Shown here one piece after another: positions 37,501 through 50,912 of a DNA stretch of 64,000 nt. Numbering within the stretch: the stretch's first letter is position 1; each line of letters begins with the position of its first letter. The notes under the pieces were generated by a model. It ran no database searches. It was given only the letters and a program-made list of their open reading frames with translations, and was not told where the DNA came from. The position numbers were made by a program, and so were the translations under genes. This DNA comes from Diplonema japonicum (lineage: Eukaryota > Protista > Euglenozoa: Diplonemea), in assembly GCA_964019335.1 (NCBI GenBank), contig OZ025705.1, positions 450,407-514,406 on the forward strand, in the 5' to 3' direction.

Positions 37501-38240
37501 CAGCCCCATGTGACATTGCCAGTGCAGTTTGCAGAATCTGTCAGCTGGTTGCACATAAGGTCGTAAGAGGTGGTGTTGAATAGCATGAATGTGGTAACGT
37601 CTGGGTGGGTCTGTGTAGGGGGGTATGTGGATCCATCGCTTTCTGGAGGAGGGCACTCCCAACTCTCAGCATTGGGTGCATCTGGCGTACATACGACCCT
37701 ATTACCCTGTGGCTTCATCCCATAGATGGATGCTAGAGCGCCACTGTCAAAGTTGGCAACTAGCTGAGTGACTACCATGAGGCTGAAGATGGTGATGCGC
37801 AGCTTGTCGGTGATGACATCTTTGCGTCCCTCTTCTTCATCTTTCTCTTCAAGCATGCCGAACCCGTCGTCCCCGGACGGAGTGGATAGTTGTGATGCTG
37901 CAGAAGAGCTGGCGTCTGACCGCTCGTCGGGACTTGGGTCCATAGGTCTGTAGCCCTTTTCAGGCGGTTCGAAGGGCTCCGCAGTCCTTTCTCTGTAACT
38001 GCCTCGTGTTCCGAAGGGGGCATTGCTGGATCCCATCCTTGTCCCTAGCCTCCCCGACCGTTTCGAGCCATAGGGGATACCTTCGTCACTAGCGCTGCTA
38101 CTCTCGCTTTCAACCCTTTTCGGAGACGATGCATTGGACAGCACTATGCTCTCCCTTCTTGTGTTCCTCCTCTGCAGCGCTGCTGGGTCCATTGGGGGGA
38201 CTCCTTTTTTGTTCATTTTCCTTTGGGTGTCGCTTTCCAT
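34571..38240 (-). CDS. Major facilitator superfamily (spinster-like) transporter with long C-terminal extension (possible EF-hand)
   Basis: NFDSGA, G.LSSIVYLG, RFLVG..QA....YAPVWVDEFA; about 12 TM. Intron 35078-35123 joins ORF 34571-35062; another short intron is likely near 35212-35262. Confidence 0.85.
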
Positions 38241-39034
38241 CTCGTTCCCCCTGAATGGTGGTGGAAAGGATCATGAGACAAAACATTAAAGAAAAAGCAA
38301 ATCAGGAAGAGAAAAAAGAAAACAGAAAGGAAGTAAACAGTAAACAAGACAAAGCGTGTATGCTGATGGCAGCAGCACATGCAACGGGCCCATGCAAGGC
38401 CCTTGGCAACCAATCACTTCATCAAAGTAAACAGGTATCACACCCTATACACAATGCAGCAGGAAGGGAGGGTTCTGCTGGTACCGCAATGTAAGGACGC
38501 CTTCGCGCATTGAAATGGAATGACACTTATCTGGATGGTTTTTTTTTTTTTTTTTTTTTTTTTAAATTCGTGGCAAACATTGGCCAATTTTTTTTCTTGG
38601 GAATTTTCCCTTTAAAAAAAAAAAAAAAAAGAATCTGAAAGTTTTGCTACCCCCCTCCCCTCCCCTAAACAATGTCAAGCCCTCAAAAATAAACGGGTTT
38701 GACTTACCATAATTTATTCTTTCAATTCGCCAATGTGACAACCTGATTAACAGAGTGCAAACAACTAAGGGAAGGGTTGGGGGGTAAGGATAGAAACGGA
38801 AGTTAGGTGTACAGTAAAATTATTCGTACTTTTTTCGTTTTTTTTTCTTTTTTTTTTTCTTTTTTTTTTTTTCAATATTCGTAAGTTGATATCAGTCAAG
38901 AAGAAGACGGCAAGCCGCGCAGGGGATGAGAGCTTGGCACTCGTGCCATCGCCTCTGCGATCAGTGTCCTATGTCTCGCTTTGCATAGCATCGCAAGTGT
39001 GGCGGACACATCATGGCCTTCGCCGAATTCCTGC

Positions 39035-40108
39035 CTAGAATCTGTACACCTCGCCGTCCTTGTAGCCACACTCGTAAAGAATACCCTGCATCATGTTCCC
39101 TTGGTTGTTAGCTGTCGGGGATGCCACCTGCTTCGCCCTCGTGATCGCCAGAGAAGAGTCAGAAGTGTTACGCCAAATGTACGTGTTTGCCATGTTGCAA
39201 CCTCCCACAAGTTCCATCATTTTGTCAGGGCCGGACAGGCAGATGATGTTTTCAGGGTCGGGTTTTGGCATGTTGCGTGCAACCATCGAATGTGTGACTT
39301 TGCCGACCTCGCCCTCCCACCCGAGAGGCGGTTCCTGCAGACAGTACGTGACGTTGAACCTCTCGGGGTGGCGCCTTGCGAGGTCGTCAAGTTCCGCCTT
39401 CATCAGGATGTCCCTGTACTTGCGGTTGCTGAACAGCAGTGTCACCTTTGTCGTATCCTCTTCATCCGAAAGCACAGCACGGATGACCTGAAGCATCGGA
39501 GCAATGCCGGTTCCACCCGCAATGCAGCCAACGCTCTTGTAGTCACCCTTCTTGTACTTCAGCTTTAGATGCTTGATCCTCGCAAAAATCGGGTCGCCGA
39601 TTTCTGCCTTGAACAAATGCGGGGTGAAGCATCCCTGTTGGTACAGCTTGACCACGCACTCAAACCCGCCCTTCGTGTTGTTAGGAGTGATGGGGGTGTA
39701 CAGGCGGTAGGCACCTTGACCTCCAGGGAGCTTAATACCCAGTTCAAGGGTACTGCACGGGGGCAAACTGTACTCGGTCTCGGGGTCGTCAAAGGAGAAC
39801 ACGAATTTAACAGTGTTGTGGTTGATCGGGAGCTTCTCCTCCAGTCTGAAGACTTTCCAGTTGGTTGTCAGCGGCCCTCTCGAAGGGTCAGCTGCTACTT
39901 TCCCATCAGCAAAGAAATTTGGCCAACCATCCCTTTTCAGCTTTGCCCTCTCTTCGGTATCCAGCGAGTACAACGGAGGCCACACCCTTCCGCTGAGACC
40001 AGGTGCGGCCAGCTCTTCGGCGCCCACTTGATTGCTGCCATGCCAGAGACATCCCGCAGTGAACCCCACAGCACCGGCACCCACAACCCTGGAAGCAACG
40101 CGGAACAT
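39035..40108 (-). CDS. NADH-cytochrome b5 reductase family flavoprotein with N-terminal organellar targeting/anchor
   Basis: RLYTPIT, VKLY..G, IAGGTGIAPMLQ, LLFSN...DIL, SGP. Confidence 0.9.
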   Translation of the reverse strand: MFRVASRVVGAGAVGFTAGCLWHGSNQVGAEELAAPGLSGRVWPPLYSLDTEERAKLKRDGWPNFFADGKVAADPSRGPLTTNWKVFRLEEKLPINHNTVKFVFSFDDPETEYSLPPCSTLELGIKLPGGQGAYRLYTPITPNNTKGGFECVVKLYQQGCFTPHLFKAEIGDPIFARIKHLKLKYKKGDYKSVGCIAGGTGIAPMLQVIRAVLSDEEDTTKVTLLFSNRKYRDILMKAELDDLARRHPERFNVTYCLQEPPLGWEGEVGKVTHSMVARNMPKPDPENIICLSGPDKMMELVGGCNMANTYIWRNTSDSSLAITRAKQVASPTANNQGNMMQGILYECGYKDGEVYRF

Positions 40109-40535
40109 GATTCTTATAAACCTTTATGCCATGAAATAGGGAAAAGGAGAAATAAAAGACGCCTGGCCAGTGAAACCGTTGTTGTTGCCAAAAGCCCGAG
40201 GTAGCTATCGGTGTTGACCAAGCAAAGAAAGTGAATCTTGCATTGCACCATAGCACTGCCATCTACAGCGTGGAGAAAGCAGAGAAAAGTCCACCAATAA
40301 GAAGGGACCATAGAAGAAGGTAAAAAAAAATCCCCCTATGACTATGTGTCTCTGTTGTTCGCACGAGCAAAAAAAAATTTTAAGGCTGCTAAGGTTTTTT
40401 GCTCGGGACAAGTTGCTTGTAATAAAAGCATTTTTGAGATCAATATTTGTAACAAGAAAGAAAATATAAAAAGGTTATAAAAAATATATAAACAGAAAGG
40501 GAAAAAAAGGCGTGAGCTCATTGAATAAATACATT

Positions 40536-41189
40536 TCAAGTTTTGCAAACATCTTTGTCGTCGGTAAGCCCGTTGCAGCGGTCAACCTTCGCATAGGAAA
40601 TGCCGCCAACGGGGCGTCGGATGCCGCATGAAAGAAGCAAAGTACCCAGCATCATCAAGGGCTCGTTGATAAAGGCTCCTTTCAAGAAGGAAGGATACCA
40701 GTCACGCAAGACGCCTTGCATGACAGCGTCATCACGGCGAAAGTACACGAAGGCTGCAGATACGGTAGTGACGAACCCAGCCCATATTGAGGCTTTGCGA
40801 GACTGCATGCGTTTACTTTTATTATTTTGCAAGTTGTTGTCAGACTGGAGCTCCTGTTTGCACTTCGCGTAGCCAACAAGATGACTCAAGGTATGCACCA
40901 CCGCCGTGGTCACCACAAAGTCCCATACAAAGGCCACGCGAATCCACATGGCACTCTTCAACCGAAGGTTAAACTCGCTCTTGCAAGCGATGTTGCCCCA
41001 GTACGCTAACAAGATATCTGAGGTTGCTTTCATTACGAGCGCCAAAGTCCGCTCCGTCCTGTTGAATGGGTCCTTGATGATGCCTTCGTTGTCTAGCAAC
41101 CAGCCATCATAGAACCCTGGCAGCATGCCAAACACACTGTGGCCTTCACGGACCACATCACAATATCTCGCCAAGAACCTCGTGAGCAT
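40536..41189 (-). CDS. Hypothetical membrane protein (217 aa)
   Basis: ATG ORF on the coding strand with 2-3 hydrophobic segments; no recognised motif. Confidence 0.45.
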   Translation of the reverse strand: MLTRFLARYCDVVREGHSVFGMLPGFYDGWLLDNEGIIKDPFNRTERTLALVMKATSDILLAYWGNIACKSEFNLRLKSAMWIRVAFVWDFVVTTAVVHTLSHLVGYAKCKQELQSDNNLQNNKSKRMQSRKASIWAGFVTTVSAAFVYFRRDDAVMQGVLRDWYPSFLKGAFINEPLMMLGTLLLSCGIRRPVGGISYAKVDRCNGLTDDKDVCKT

Positions 41190-41629
41190 GTTGGATCACT
41201 GACTAGCATGAAAGGTTGTTAACGTTGAGAACATAATGAACGGGAACAGGAAGAAGTAAAAAAAAGAATAATGAAGAAGGGTGAATATGGGTGGATGGGT
41301 GGGCGGGGCATGGAAGCAGCAAGTGATCTTGCAGTTCCATTGTATGAAACCTGACTCAGGCTTTGCAAACTCTTTGCCGTAGTCCTAATACTCGCCTTAC
41401 CAATACGCAGAAAGTAAGGTGGCCAGGGCCAGCACAAAGGAACATTTCTTGCATGCCAGTGCAAAAAAAAGGGGTGGGGTAAAGTGCGAAATGATAAACG
41501 GAATACAAGAACAGGGAGGAATAATGGCAATCCTATGCGTCGCTGACATGTCGTTGTGCTAAACGGAAAGGCTGGAGTTAACTAAAGAGAGCGTAAGAAG
41601 TTCAAGTTTGAGTATCTGTGCTGTAGACT

Positions 41630-44600
41630 CTATTCCTCTTCGCTGCTGGACCAGTGCTCACCGAGCTCCTTGGCCTTCTTCTTGGCGAGCTCACGCTGCT
41701 TCTTCTCCTTACGGGTAAGCTTCTTCTTCGCCTGCTTAACCTGTGGGGGGAAAAGGGTTCATTTTAATAATAATAATAATAATTATTTTTTTTTTCTTTA
41801 AAACATACCTTGGTAACGTTACCAAGTGCGTCGACCATCTCCTCCATGGCAACGCTCTCTGTCTTCTCCTTCATGACGGCCTCCATCCAGTCAGCGTCAC
41901 CCTGACAGTCGAGGCGGCCGATACCGTCGTCACCCTTCTCGACCAACCAGGTCTCGGGGCAGAGGGCCTTCGAGAACTGGTCGTTATGGGTGATGATCAC
42001 GACTCCTCCCTTGAACTGCTCGATGGCGCCGGCGAGGGCGGCGAGGGACTCCCTGTCCAAGTAGTTGGTGGGCTCGTCCAGGATGACGATGTGTGGCTGG
42101 TCCCACATCGCAGCTCCGAGCACAACCTTCACCTTCTGTCCACCGGAGAGCTGCGACATCTGGGTGTGGGTAGCGTGTTCCCTTTCCATCCCGACGTCCA
42201 CGAGGAGCTTCTCGACGTTGGACTGGGTCAGAGGCCTCTTGAACCTGTTATGAAAAGAAAAAAAATAGTAATATTATACTTTTTTTTTTTTTAATATACC
42301 TCCCCTCCTCAGCAAGGATCTTCTCAGCAGTCTGCTTAACGTGCTTGCCCCAACCACCTTCCTCAAGCTTGTCCTCGTTGATGAAACCAGTAGGACCCTC
42401 ACCGCTGCCCTTGGTGGCGAACCTAACCTCGTACATGTACCCAGCCCTCTTCTGGTTCTTACGGACACCGGTAAGCTTCTCGATGACGTGCTTCTGCCTC
42501 TTCAGACCCTCGTCGTCGGTGAACTCCCAGGTCCTCACCTCCAAGAGCTTCTTCTCCTCCTCCTCGGTGAGGATCATGGTGACCTTCTCCAAGGCCTCCT
42601 TGTCGGTACCGTATTCGTACCTCCAGAGGATGTACTCGGTGGGGGTCATCTTCAAGTGCTTCTCAATGTGATGGAAAGCGTGCTGGGCAACGTAGGCGAC
42701 CTTCGCGTTGGGGTTCTTCCAGGTCGTACCCTTGTCCGGGTTCAGCTCTCCGGTCAACAGCTTGATCATGGTCGACTTACCGGCACCGTTGGGACCGAGA
42801 CAGGCGACCCTGCTTCCCATGGACACCCTCACGGTGAGGTTCACGACGGTGGGCTTCGGGTTCCCGGGGTAGGTGAAGTCAACCTTGTCCATCTTGATAA
42901 GCACCTTACCCCTCGAGCTCACGCCCTCCAAGAAACCAGGGTCCGGGAACCTGAAGGAGAGACCCTTCGACGACTTCAGCTCGAAGTAGGACTTCGCCTC
43001 GGGGAACTCCTCCACGAAGGCCTTGATGCTCCCCTTGAAGTTGTGGAGACGGAGGTTGTCGATGTGGATGATCCTGCTGCAGCAGGTCTCCAGGAGGTGC
43101 GCGTTCTGCGACACGATCATGCAGGTCACGTCCTTCAGCCCCCTGATGTAGTCCTCCACCCAGGCAACGTTCTTCACGTCCAAGTGGTTCGTGGGGTCGT
43201 CCATGAGCAGGATGTCGGCCTTCTGAAGCATCGCCCTTGCGAGGGCGAGCTTCATCCTCCACCCACCGGACAGCGAGGACACGGGGTCCATGATCCTGGC
43301 GGCCTTCCCGCCCTGCTCGCCGGTTCCTGCGAACCCGACCTTGTCGAGGGCCGAGATGACGGCGTCCTTCGAGATGTTCGCGGCCTTGATCCTGGAGTCC
43401 TCGAAGATGTACTCGAGGCAGGTCAAGTGGGACAGCTCTCCGAGGATGTCCGCCTCGACGAACACGGTCCTCACCTCTGTGCTGGGGGGGAAGCCCTCCA
43501 CCTGGTCGTTTGCGATAGCCTTCAGGAGCGAGGTCTTCCCGCTGTCGTTTCCACCGAGAAGCCCGTACTTCGCACCCTTCAGGAGGCGAAGCTGCGTGTT
43601 CTTCAGAAGGATCTTGGTACCGTAGGCAAGGGTGAAGCGGCAGTTGCAGAGCTCCGCCGCGTCCTCCTCCTCCTCGATCACGGTCCCGGTCATCGCGTTC
43701 TCGCACTGCTTGAACAGCATCTCACCGAGGGTGTCCGCGTCCTTCTCCGTCTTGCACACGGACAGAAGGTTCTTCGCCCACACCTTCGGCTGCATCACCT
43801 TCATCTCGAAGTTCGAGGCGCAGAGGTCGGCCACGAAGGCGAGGAGCACGGGGTCCGACACCGTCACCCTCTTGTCCTTCTGCAAGACCTCCAGGAACTT
43901 CTTCGAGTCCATGGACTGCGACTTCAAGAGGTCGACGTTCTTCTTCAACTTCTCAATCTGCAGCTGAACCTTCCCGCACACCTCACGGCACTCGGGGTCG
44001 GCAACGTGGATCGCCGCCTGCTCCAGGGCAGGGGTCAGCTTGGGGATCAGGGGCTCCGCCTCCGTCGCCACCTCCACAAGCTTCGACAAGTTGTCCGTGA
44101 TCTTAGCCGACTGCCTCACGATCTTCTTCTCACCCTCACGGAAACCACGGACCAACAAGGGGGTGATGATCGCGAGCTCGGGCCTCTCCACCGTCGCCAC
44201 GAACTTCGTGCACGAGAGCTTGAAGATGGAGTCGGGAACGTTGTCCGGCTCCATCAGCGCCTCCACCAGAACGGGGATGAGCTCCTCGACGTCCTTGTTC
44301 TTCACCACGTCGGTGATCGCCTTCAGGGTCTGCTCCGCCTCCTCGCTCACCTGCACCTTGGTGTCGTGGAGAAGGTCGCACACGGCGGGCACGAGCTCGG
44401 GCATCGACACGGACACGGCCCCGGGGCAGTCCCTCGCGAACCTCCCGATCGACTCCAGACCAGCCACCTTCACCTGGAACTTCGTCGAGTCCAAGCAGTG
44501 CATCATCTCTGCCATGGTCGAGCAGGCCACAGCGGGGTTCGACGCCGCACGACCCACGAACTGCATCGCCGCGTCGTGAGCCGCCTTCGCCACCGTCTTC

Positions 44601-44899
44601 GCCTTGTCACCCACGAGCTGGAAGACCACGGGGAACAGCTTGATCACGTAGGCCTCCAGGTGGTTCTTCAGGTCCGCCGAGAGGGACCCGAAAGCGAGGC
44701 ACGCCGCCTCCCTCTTCGCCTCAGCCTTCTTCCCGCCTCCGGTAGCGGTCTCGATGGCCTGGAAGAGACCAGCCTCCGCGAGGGCCGCTCCGTCCACCTC
44801 CCTCACCATCTCTGCGAGCTTCTGCGCCGCCTCCACGGAGGGCTTCGCCTCCAGCTCGGAGAACATCTTCACGGACTCAGTTGCAAGTTGGGGTGCCAT
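41630..44899 (-). CDS. eEF3: Elongation factor 3, copy 2 (same exons and introns; TAG stop)
   Basis: Translation identical to copy 1; stop is TAG at 41630-41632. Confidence 0.92.
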
Positions 44900-44991
44900 T
44901 TTTTTTATATAAAAAAAAAGAAGCGAGTGATAAAAGGGGTTTTTTTTTTGTGTGTTCTTTTGATATTTGAACAGAAGTATCCTTTGATGGT

Positions 44992-45011
44992 GTTGTTGTT
45001 GTTGTTGTTGC

Positions 45012-45097
<86 letters not shown>
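44992..45097. repeat. (TTG)n microsatellite, 21 nt longer than in unit A
   Basis: Direct inspection and the change in offset between the two units. Confidence 0.95.
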
Positions 45098-45098
<1 letters not shown>

Positions 45099-45895
45099 GT
45101 GTGTTTGACTTAAGAAAAAATAAAAAAGAAGAAGAAAAAGAAAACCAGGGGAAATAATAATAATTATTATAAGCCATAAACAATAAGAACAAAGAAACGA
45201 TAAAAGGAAGAGAAGGAAAAAAAAAGGGGGGGTGCTCTCTTTTTTTTTGATTTTTATTATTATTGTTGTTAAAAATTTAAGAAGATGGATCAATAATAAC
45301 CAAAAAGAAATGTGAAACTAAACTATACTTTCTGTCTTTTTTTATTTATTTATTTATTTTTTAAAAAAAAAGGCGATGTTTAAGGGCAAATCCCACTCGA
45401 GGACCACCCTTGAAAAAAAAAACAAGCCAAGCCAAGCCAAGGTAAGGTAAGAAGGAAAGGGTTTTTTTAGAAGATGAAGAGGGGTTACTTACTTGCCTCT
45501 GTTTTAAGAAAAATAAAATAAAATAAGAGGGGGAAAAGGAAGGGAGGACAGAAAGGAGGGGGGGGAAAAGAAGAAGAATAATAAAAATATAAAAATAAAA
45601 ATAAAAAACGTGCGTTTGTTCCCCTAAGCCCGAGACAAATCACTTTATTAAGGAAATACGAATCTATAAAAAAAAGGGGGGGGGGAAAGAGAAAAAAAAA
45701 GAATACTGACAAACTCCCGGATGCGAAAAAAGACCTGGGCATTTACAGTATTCGATTTAAATTTTTCAGTGTGCAAAGATGCTCACTCTTTAAATTAAAA
45801 AGAAAAAGAAAAAAAGAAAAGAAAAAAAAACCATGTAGCATCTTTAAAATAAAAAAAAAACCCCTTAATCTTACTCAATATAATTATATTTTACT

Positions 45896-45928
<33 letters not shown>

Positions 45929-45930
<2 letters not shown>

Positions 45931-48049
45931 AGTCAACCTCCTCCATCTTAGACTCACCCTCATCCTCAGCAGCAGTGGTGTCAGCCTCAACAGGAACATC
46001 TTCTTCATCATCATCATCGATTGACAGCCCCAGCTTGATCATACGGTGGATCCTTTCAGCGTAACCAGCAGGGTCCTCCAGAGAGAAACCGGAGGTGAGG
46101 AGCGAGGTCTCGAAGAGGAGGAGCACCAGGTCCTTCACAGTCTTGTCGTTGGCGTCGGAGTCAGCCTTCGACTTCAAGGTTTTCACGATCGGGTGCGCCG
46201 GGTTCACCTCCATGGTCTTCTTGCTCACCATGTAGCCGCTGCTGGAGGAGTCCCTCAGAGCCTGCATCTTCATGATCTGTTCCATGTGGGCGCTCCACCC
46301 GAACTCCGAGGTGACGAGGATGCAAGGGGCCTGCGCGAGACGGTCCGACAGCATCACCTTCTCCACCTTGTCTCCCAGGATGTCCTTCATGGTCTTGCAG
46401 AGGGTCTCGAAGGCAGCCTTCTCCTCCTCCTTCTGCTTCTTCTCCTCCTCCGTCTCCTCGAACTTCAACCCTTCCTTCGTCACGCACCTGAACTTCTTGT
46501 CCTCGTACTCCTTCAGCTGCTGCATCGCGTACTCGTCGATCGGGTCCGTCATCAGAAGCACCTCCAAACCCCTCTTCTTGCACTGCTCGATGAACGGAGA
46601 GTTCTCGATCTTGGCCTTGCTCTCCCCGGTGATGTAGTAGATCTCCTTCTGCTCCTCCTTCATCCTCGTCACGTAGTCCTTCAGAGAGGTCGTCTCCTCC
46701 CCGCTCTTCGTCGAGAAGTACCTCATGAACTCAGCGAGCTTCTTCCTGTTCTGCGAGTCCTCGTGGATCCCGAGCTTCAGGTTCTTCCCGAAGTGCTCGT
46801 GAAGCTTCGCGAAGTCCTCCTTGTTCTCGCTGATCTCCTCCACCATCTCAAGGGTCTTCTTCACGATGTTCTTCTTGATCACCTTCAGGATCTTGTTCTG
46901 CTGCAGGTTCTCACGCGAGATGTTCAGGGGAAGGTCCTCGCTGTCCACGATCCCCTTGATGAAGGAGAGCCACTCGGGGATGAGGTCCTCGCAGCTGTCC
47001 ATGATGAACACCCTCCTCACGTAGAGCTTGATGTTGGTCTTCTTCTTGTTCGGCTCGAACATGTCGAAGGGAGCCCTCCTCGGGATGAAGAGGATCGCCC
47101 TGAACTCCAGCTGTCCCTCCACCGCGAAGTGCTTCACCGCGAGGTGCTCCTCCCAGTCGTTCGAGATCGCCTTGTAGAAGCTCCCGTACTCCTCCTTCGT
47201 GATCTCCTTCGGGTCCCTCGTCCAGAGGGGCTTGTTCTTGTTCAGCTTCTCCATCTCCTTCGTCACCTCCTTCACCTTCTTCGTCTTCTTCTTCTTCTCC
47301 TCTCCCTCCTTCACCTCCTCCACCTTCGGTTCGTCCTCTCCTTCCTTCTTCTCCTCCTCCTTCTTCTTCTCCTCCTCCTCGTCCTCGTCCTCGTCATCCG
47401 TCACCTCCTTCTCGTTCGTCTTCTCCACCTCCAGCTCGATGTCGTAGCCGATGAACTCAGAGTGCTTCTTCACAAGGTCCTTGATCCTCCTCTCCTCCAA
47501 GAACTCCAGCTGGTCGTCCTTCAAATGGCAGATGATCTTGGTTCCCCTCTTCAGCTCCGCATCCTCGCACTTCGTCACCGTGAAGGTCCCCCCCGCAGCG
47601 GATTCCCACTGGTGGCACTCGTCGTCGTTGTGCTTCGAGATCACCGTCACCTTGTCCGACACCAGGTACGCGCTGTAGAAACCCACACCGAACTGCCCGA
47701 TCATCGACATGTCCGCCCCGGCCTCCAGAGCCTCCATGAACCCCTTCGTTCCGGACCTCGCGATCGTCCCCAGGTTGTTCACCAGGTCAGCCTTCGTCAT
47801 CCCCACACCCGTGTCCGTCAGCGTGATCGTCTTCGCCGCCTTGTCCGTGTGGATCTGGATCAGCATCCTCTCCTCCTCCTTCAGCGCTTCCTTGTCCAGC
47901 AGCGACATGTGGCGCATCTTGTCCAGAGCGTCAGACGAGTTCGAGATGAGCTCTCGCAAGAAGATCTCCTTGTTCGAGTAGAACGTGTTGATGATCAAGC
48001 TCATCAACTGGTTGATCTCAGCCTGGAATGCAAAGGTCTCTTCCGCCAT
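45929..48049 (-). CDS. HSP90: Cytosolic HSP90, copy 2
   Basis: Identical to copy 1 from ATG 48049. The track's extension to 48217 runs into unrelated repeat sequence. Confidence 0.96.
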
Positions 48050-48364
48050 TTTTATCTTCTTTTTTTTTGTCTTCTTGATGTCCTGTGGTGGGTGATTGTG
48101 AAAGTGTTCATATGGAATGCGAGGAGAGAGGGGAAAAAATAGAATTAGGTTCACTGCAGCTGCAGGTATGTACATATGTCCTGAAATGTTGTATTTGGAT
48201 GTAATAGAAAAGTACAAGAGGAGGGTATGTGTGTTTATACAACCTGTGTAAACAGATCGGTTCCTTAATCGTATTTAAAAAAAGAAGGGGGGGAAGCAAT
48301 ATATTTTTACAGGTAGGTAATGGGTGAGTGCGTTTATGTTTTGAACAACTGTGTAAAACAGTGC

Positions 48365-50450
48365 TCAGATATCGACCTGTGTAAACAGATCTGTTCCTTC
48401 CTTTCCAAGGTGCTCAGCTCTTTTCGAGCGGCTTGCCTTTTCTTTCTTCTCGCTCACAAAAAAATTAGGTTGAACCAACTTGTAGTTGATAGCAACGCGG
48501 ATTGATGCATTTAGAACATCCGATGACATTCTGCATCTGGCTTTTGACAAAGTCTTTGAAATCACTTTAAAGTGACGCTCCGTTGGTGCCTCAGAGGTTA
48601 AACTGCGCCCAAGCGTCAGCGCAAAGACAGCTAGCGTGTGAAGCATGCCAAGCTTCGACTTCCAAAAAGCAAAAAAGTTTAACGTTGGGCTGCGACCTAT
48701 TGCTAGGTACTCGTCGATCTGCATCCCCAGCTGCTGCCGATCTGCCATCATTTTTCGCAATTCAGTGAACGGGACGAGGTGATCCAGCAGTGTGTTTCGC
48801 AGCGTGACCAAGTCTGAAAGTTCTCCAGTTGATACTTTAGGATTCAGAAAAGAAAACAACCTGATACCGAGAAACGACATGTTTCGTTCGGCCCTTGCTT
48901 CGTAAACCTTGATGACTTCACAGACTGTGGTAGCATTGAGTGACCCCTCCACCTGGGATTCAAGGAATTTCTTCAAGCTCTTTCCAACAATGAAAATTTC
49001 ATATGCCACCATAGCCATGCCAGACGTGTCCCCTTGCACACGATCTGTCGCAACTGCAAAGGGTGTGGAAATCTGTATTGCGAATTCCAGCTCTGAGTCA
49101 AACTCTGCCTCTATGCCTGGAAAGAAGTCCAGGAGATCAGGATGGACTTCATCGTTTCGAAAAACAAATTCCATCTGGTCTTCGTGTACCTCTTGATCTG
49201 TCTCGTCTTTTCACGGCATACTCCATGCGAGACCTGTACGGTGTGGAGTGCCAACTGCCCAGCTTTCGAGGTCCATCTCTTGATCAGCGTTTTCACTTTG
49301 GCTCTAATGTTAGCCAGTCGCTCAATCTTGAAGATGTCACCAAGGGCAAGTTGCATGGAATGTGCAACACAACGATACGCTAGGACACCTTCGCAACTCA
49401 GCATTGTAGTTGTATCGTTCAAAAGCTGGTCCATTCCGGCAGAGAGCTCAGTGTTGTCGGAGTCGGTGTCGGTTTCGGAGTTGGAGTCAAGGTCAGTGAC
49501 ACTTGAAGCGTCACTACTGCTGGTGTTGCTGCTAACATCCTCAGTGTCGTCGAGTGAGAGGTCGTTCCACTTCGAAGTTTCGATGTATCTTTGCAAGCGC
49601 TGCTTGCATCGCACTTGCATTATCAGCACATACTGAAAATACATGTACAACATGGCTCCGAAGTTCCAGTATCATTTCACGGATGTGAGACGAAATGACA
49701 GCAGCAGTGGCACTCACTTTTGTAAGGTCTATCATCTTGCAAAAGTAGCTGTTCTTCCCATCTGACATACTAATGCCAAGGATGCTTCGACGGTTTATTG
49801 CGGCCCTGTCAACAAGGAGGTACACATTCTGCCCTTGTAGCCTGTTTAGGACAGCGTATGTCTCCTGTCCAAGTTCAACAACACGGCTTTGCACGTGTTT
49901 CCTGTTGATTCCTTTCAATTTGCCTGCATCGAAAAAGCTAGAACTTCCGATCACACAAAACGAACGGCAGGTAATACAGGCAATGGAAATAGGAAACACG
50001 ATCCACCATACTCAGAGCTCGCATCTCTTGGACAACACATCTCTTTGCTGCAAGATTTGAGCCTTGAGAATGAGGCGAACACAACCCTGGCGTCGGCTCA
50101 GAGATCGGACTGCACTTTTCTTTCGCCGGCTTGGGGATCTTTGCAGCTGTCTTCTTCTTCAGCTTTTCTGCCAACTTCGCTTTCGCACCAGGGCTGTGTC
50201 TGCACTTCCAGTGCTCCTTCAGTTTCCCCCATCTTGACCTGATGGTCACCGCACGTTCAACACACTCAGGAGCAAGACACGGCCGCTTCTCCATGACCGT
50301 GCCATCCTTATCCTTCGTCACTATCTTGCCAAAGTTGTACTCCTGAGAAGGGTCGATACCATGTGCGTCACTAATAGACCATGTCTTGTTGTCCCAGATG
50401 GATGTCTTGGGTGCTGTTGTAGAACATTCCTTGGCAGGTGCTTCCAACAT
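48365..50450 (-). pseudogene. Frameshifted hAT-superfamily transposase
   Basis: Four overlapping ORFs carry hAT motifs in order: BED-finger-like (TSIW...CLAPEC...KEHWKCRH), LLVD, CADNASAM, RCVAHSMQLA (CxxH), TRWN, and the dimerisation domain FW...LA...TSEAPTERHF...R.RMS. Confidence 0.85.
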
Positions 50451-50912
50451 GACTAGTGCGTTTCCGGACGAGGTGTGTGTTGCCTTAGGTTGTAAGGCTT
50501 CAGCCTTCAGAACCTTGATGGCGTCTTGCAGCTCCGTGATTCGTGCTTTGCAAGACCAAGTTTTGCCACGGTATCACGAAGCTGGTATGGGTTGTGGTTT
50601 ATCGTCTTTATGGCCTCAAGACGATAAACCCGTTCGTCTTCCACATTCGGGGGGAAGTGGTGCAGGTACCCGGGGTCCTGTGCATACTCACACGAAACAG
50701 CCTGGCAAGATGCCAACAATCTTCCCATCTCAGACAGAAACCTGTCGTCCTGTGTTGGTTTCTTGTGTCGCTCCCCTCCGGTGCCCCAGAAGTGGGCTCT
50801 GAAGGTTGTACCTTCTCCTTTCCCCTTCATGAAATACAACATTTCATCATGGCTGAGGCCATTCTTGTTGCCGGTCTGGGTAAGGTCTTGTGTTTTCACA
50901 TATTTCTGTGAG

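Larger units (their letters stand above)
41631..48146. repeat. Segmental duplication unit B (eEF3+HSP90)
   Basis: Matches 27405-33899; identity ends at ...aatagaatt (48146), abutting transposon-associated sequence. Confidence 0.95.

Noticed and set aside
48050-48217. N-terminal extension of HSP90 copy 2 (762-aa ORF)
   Set aside because: Starts at a non-ATG codon in repeat DNA beyond the duplication breakpoint and upstream of the likely trans-splice acceptor.
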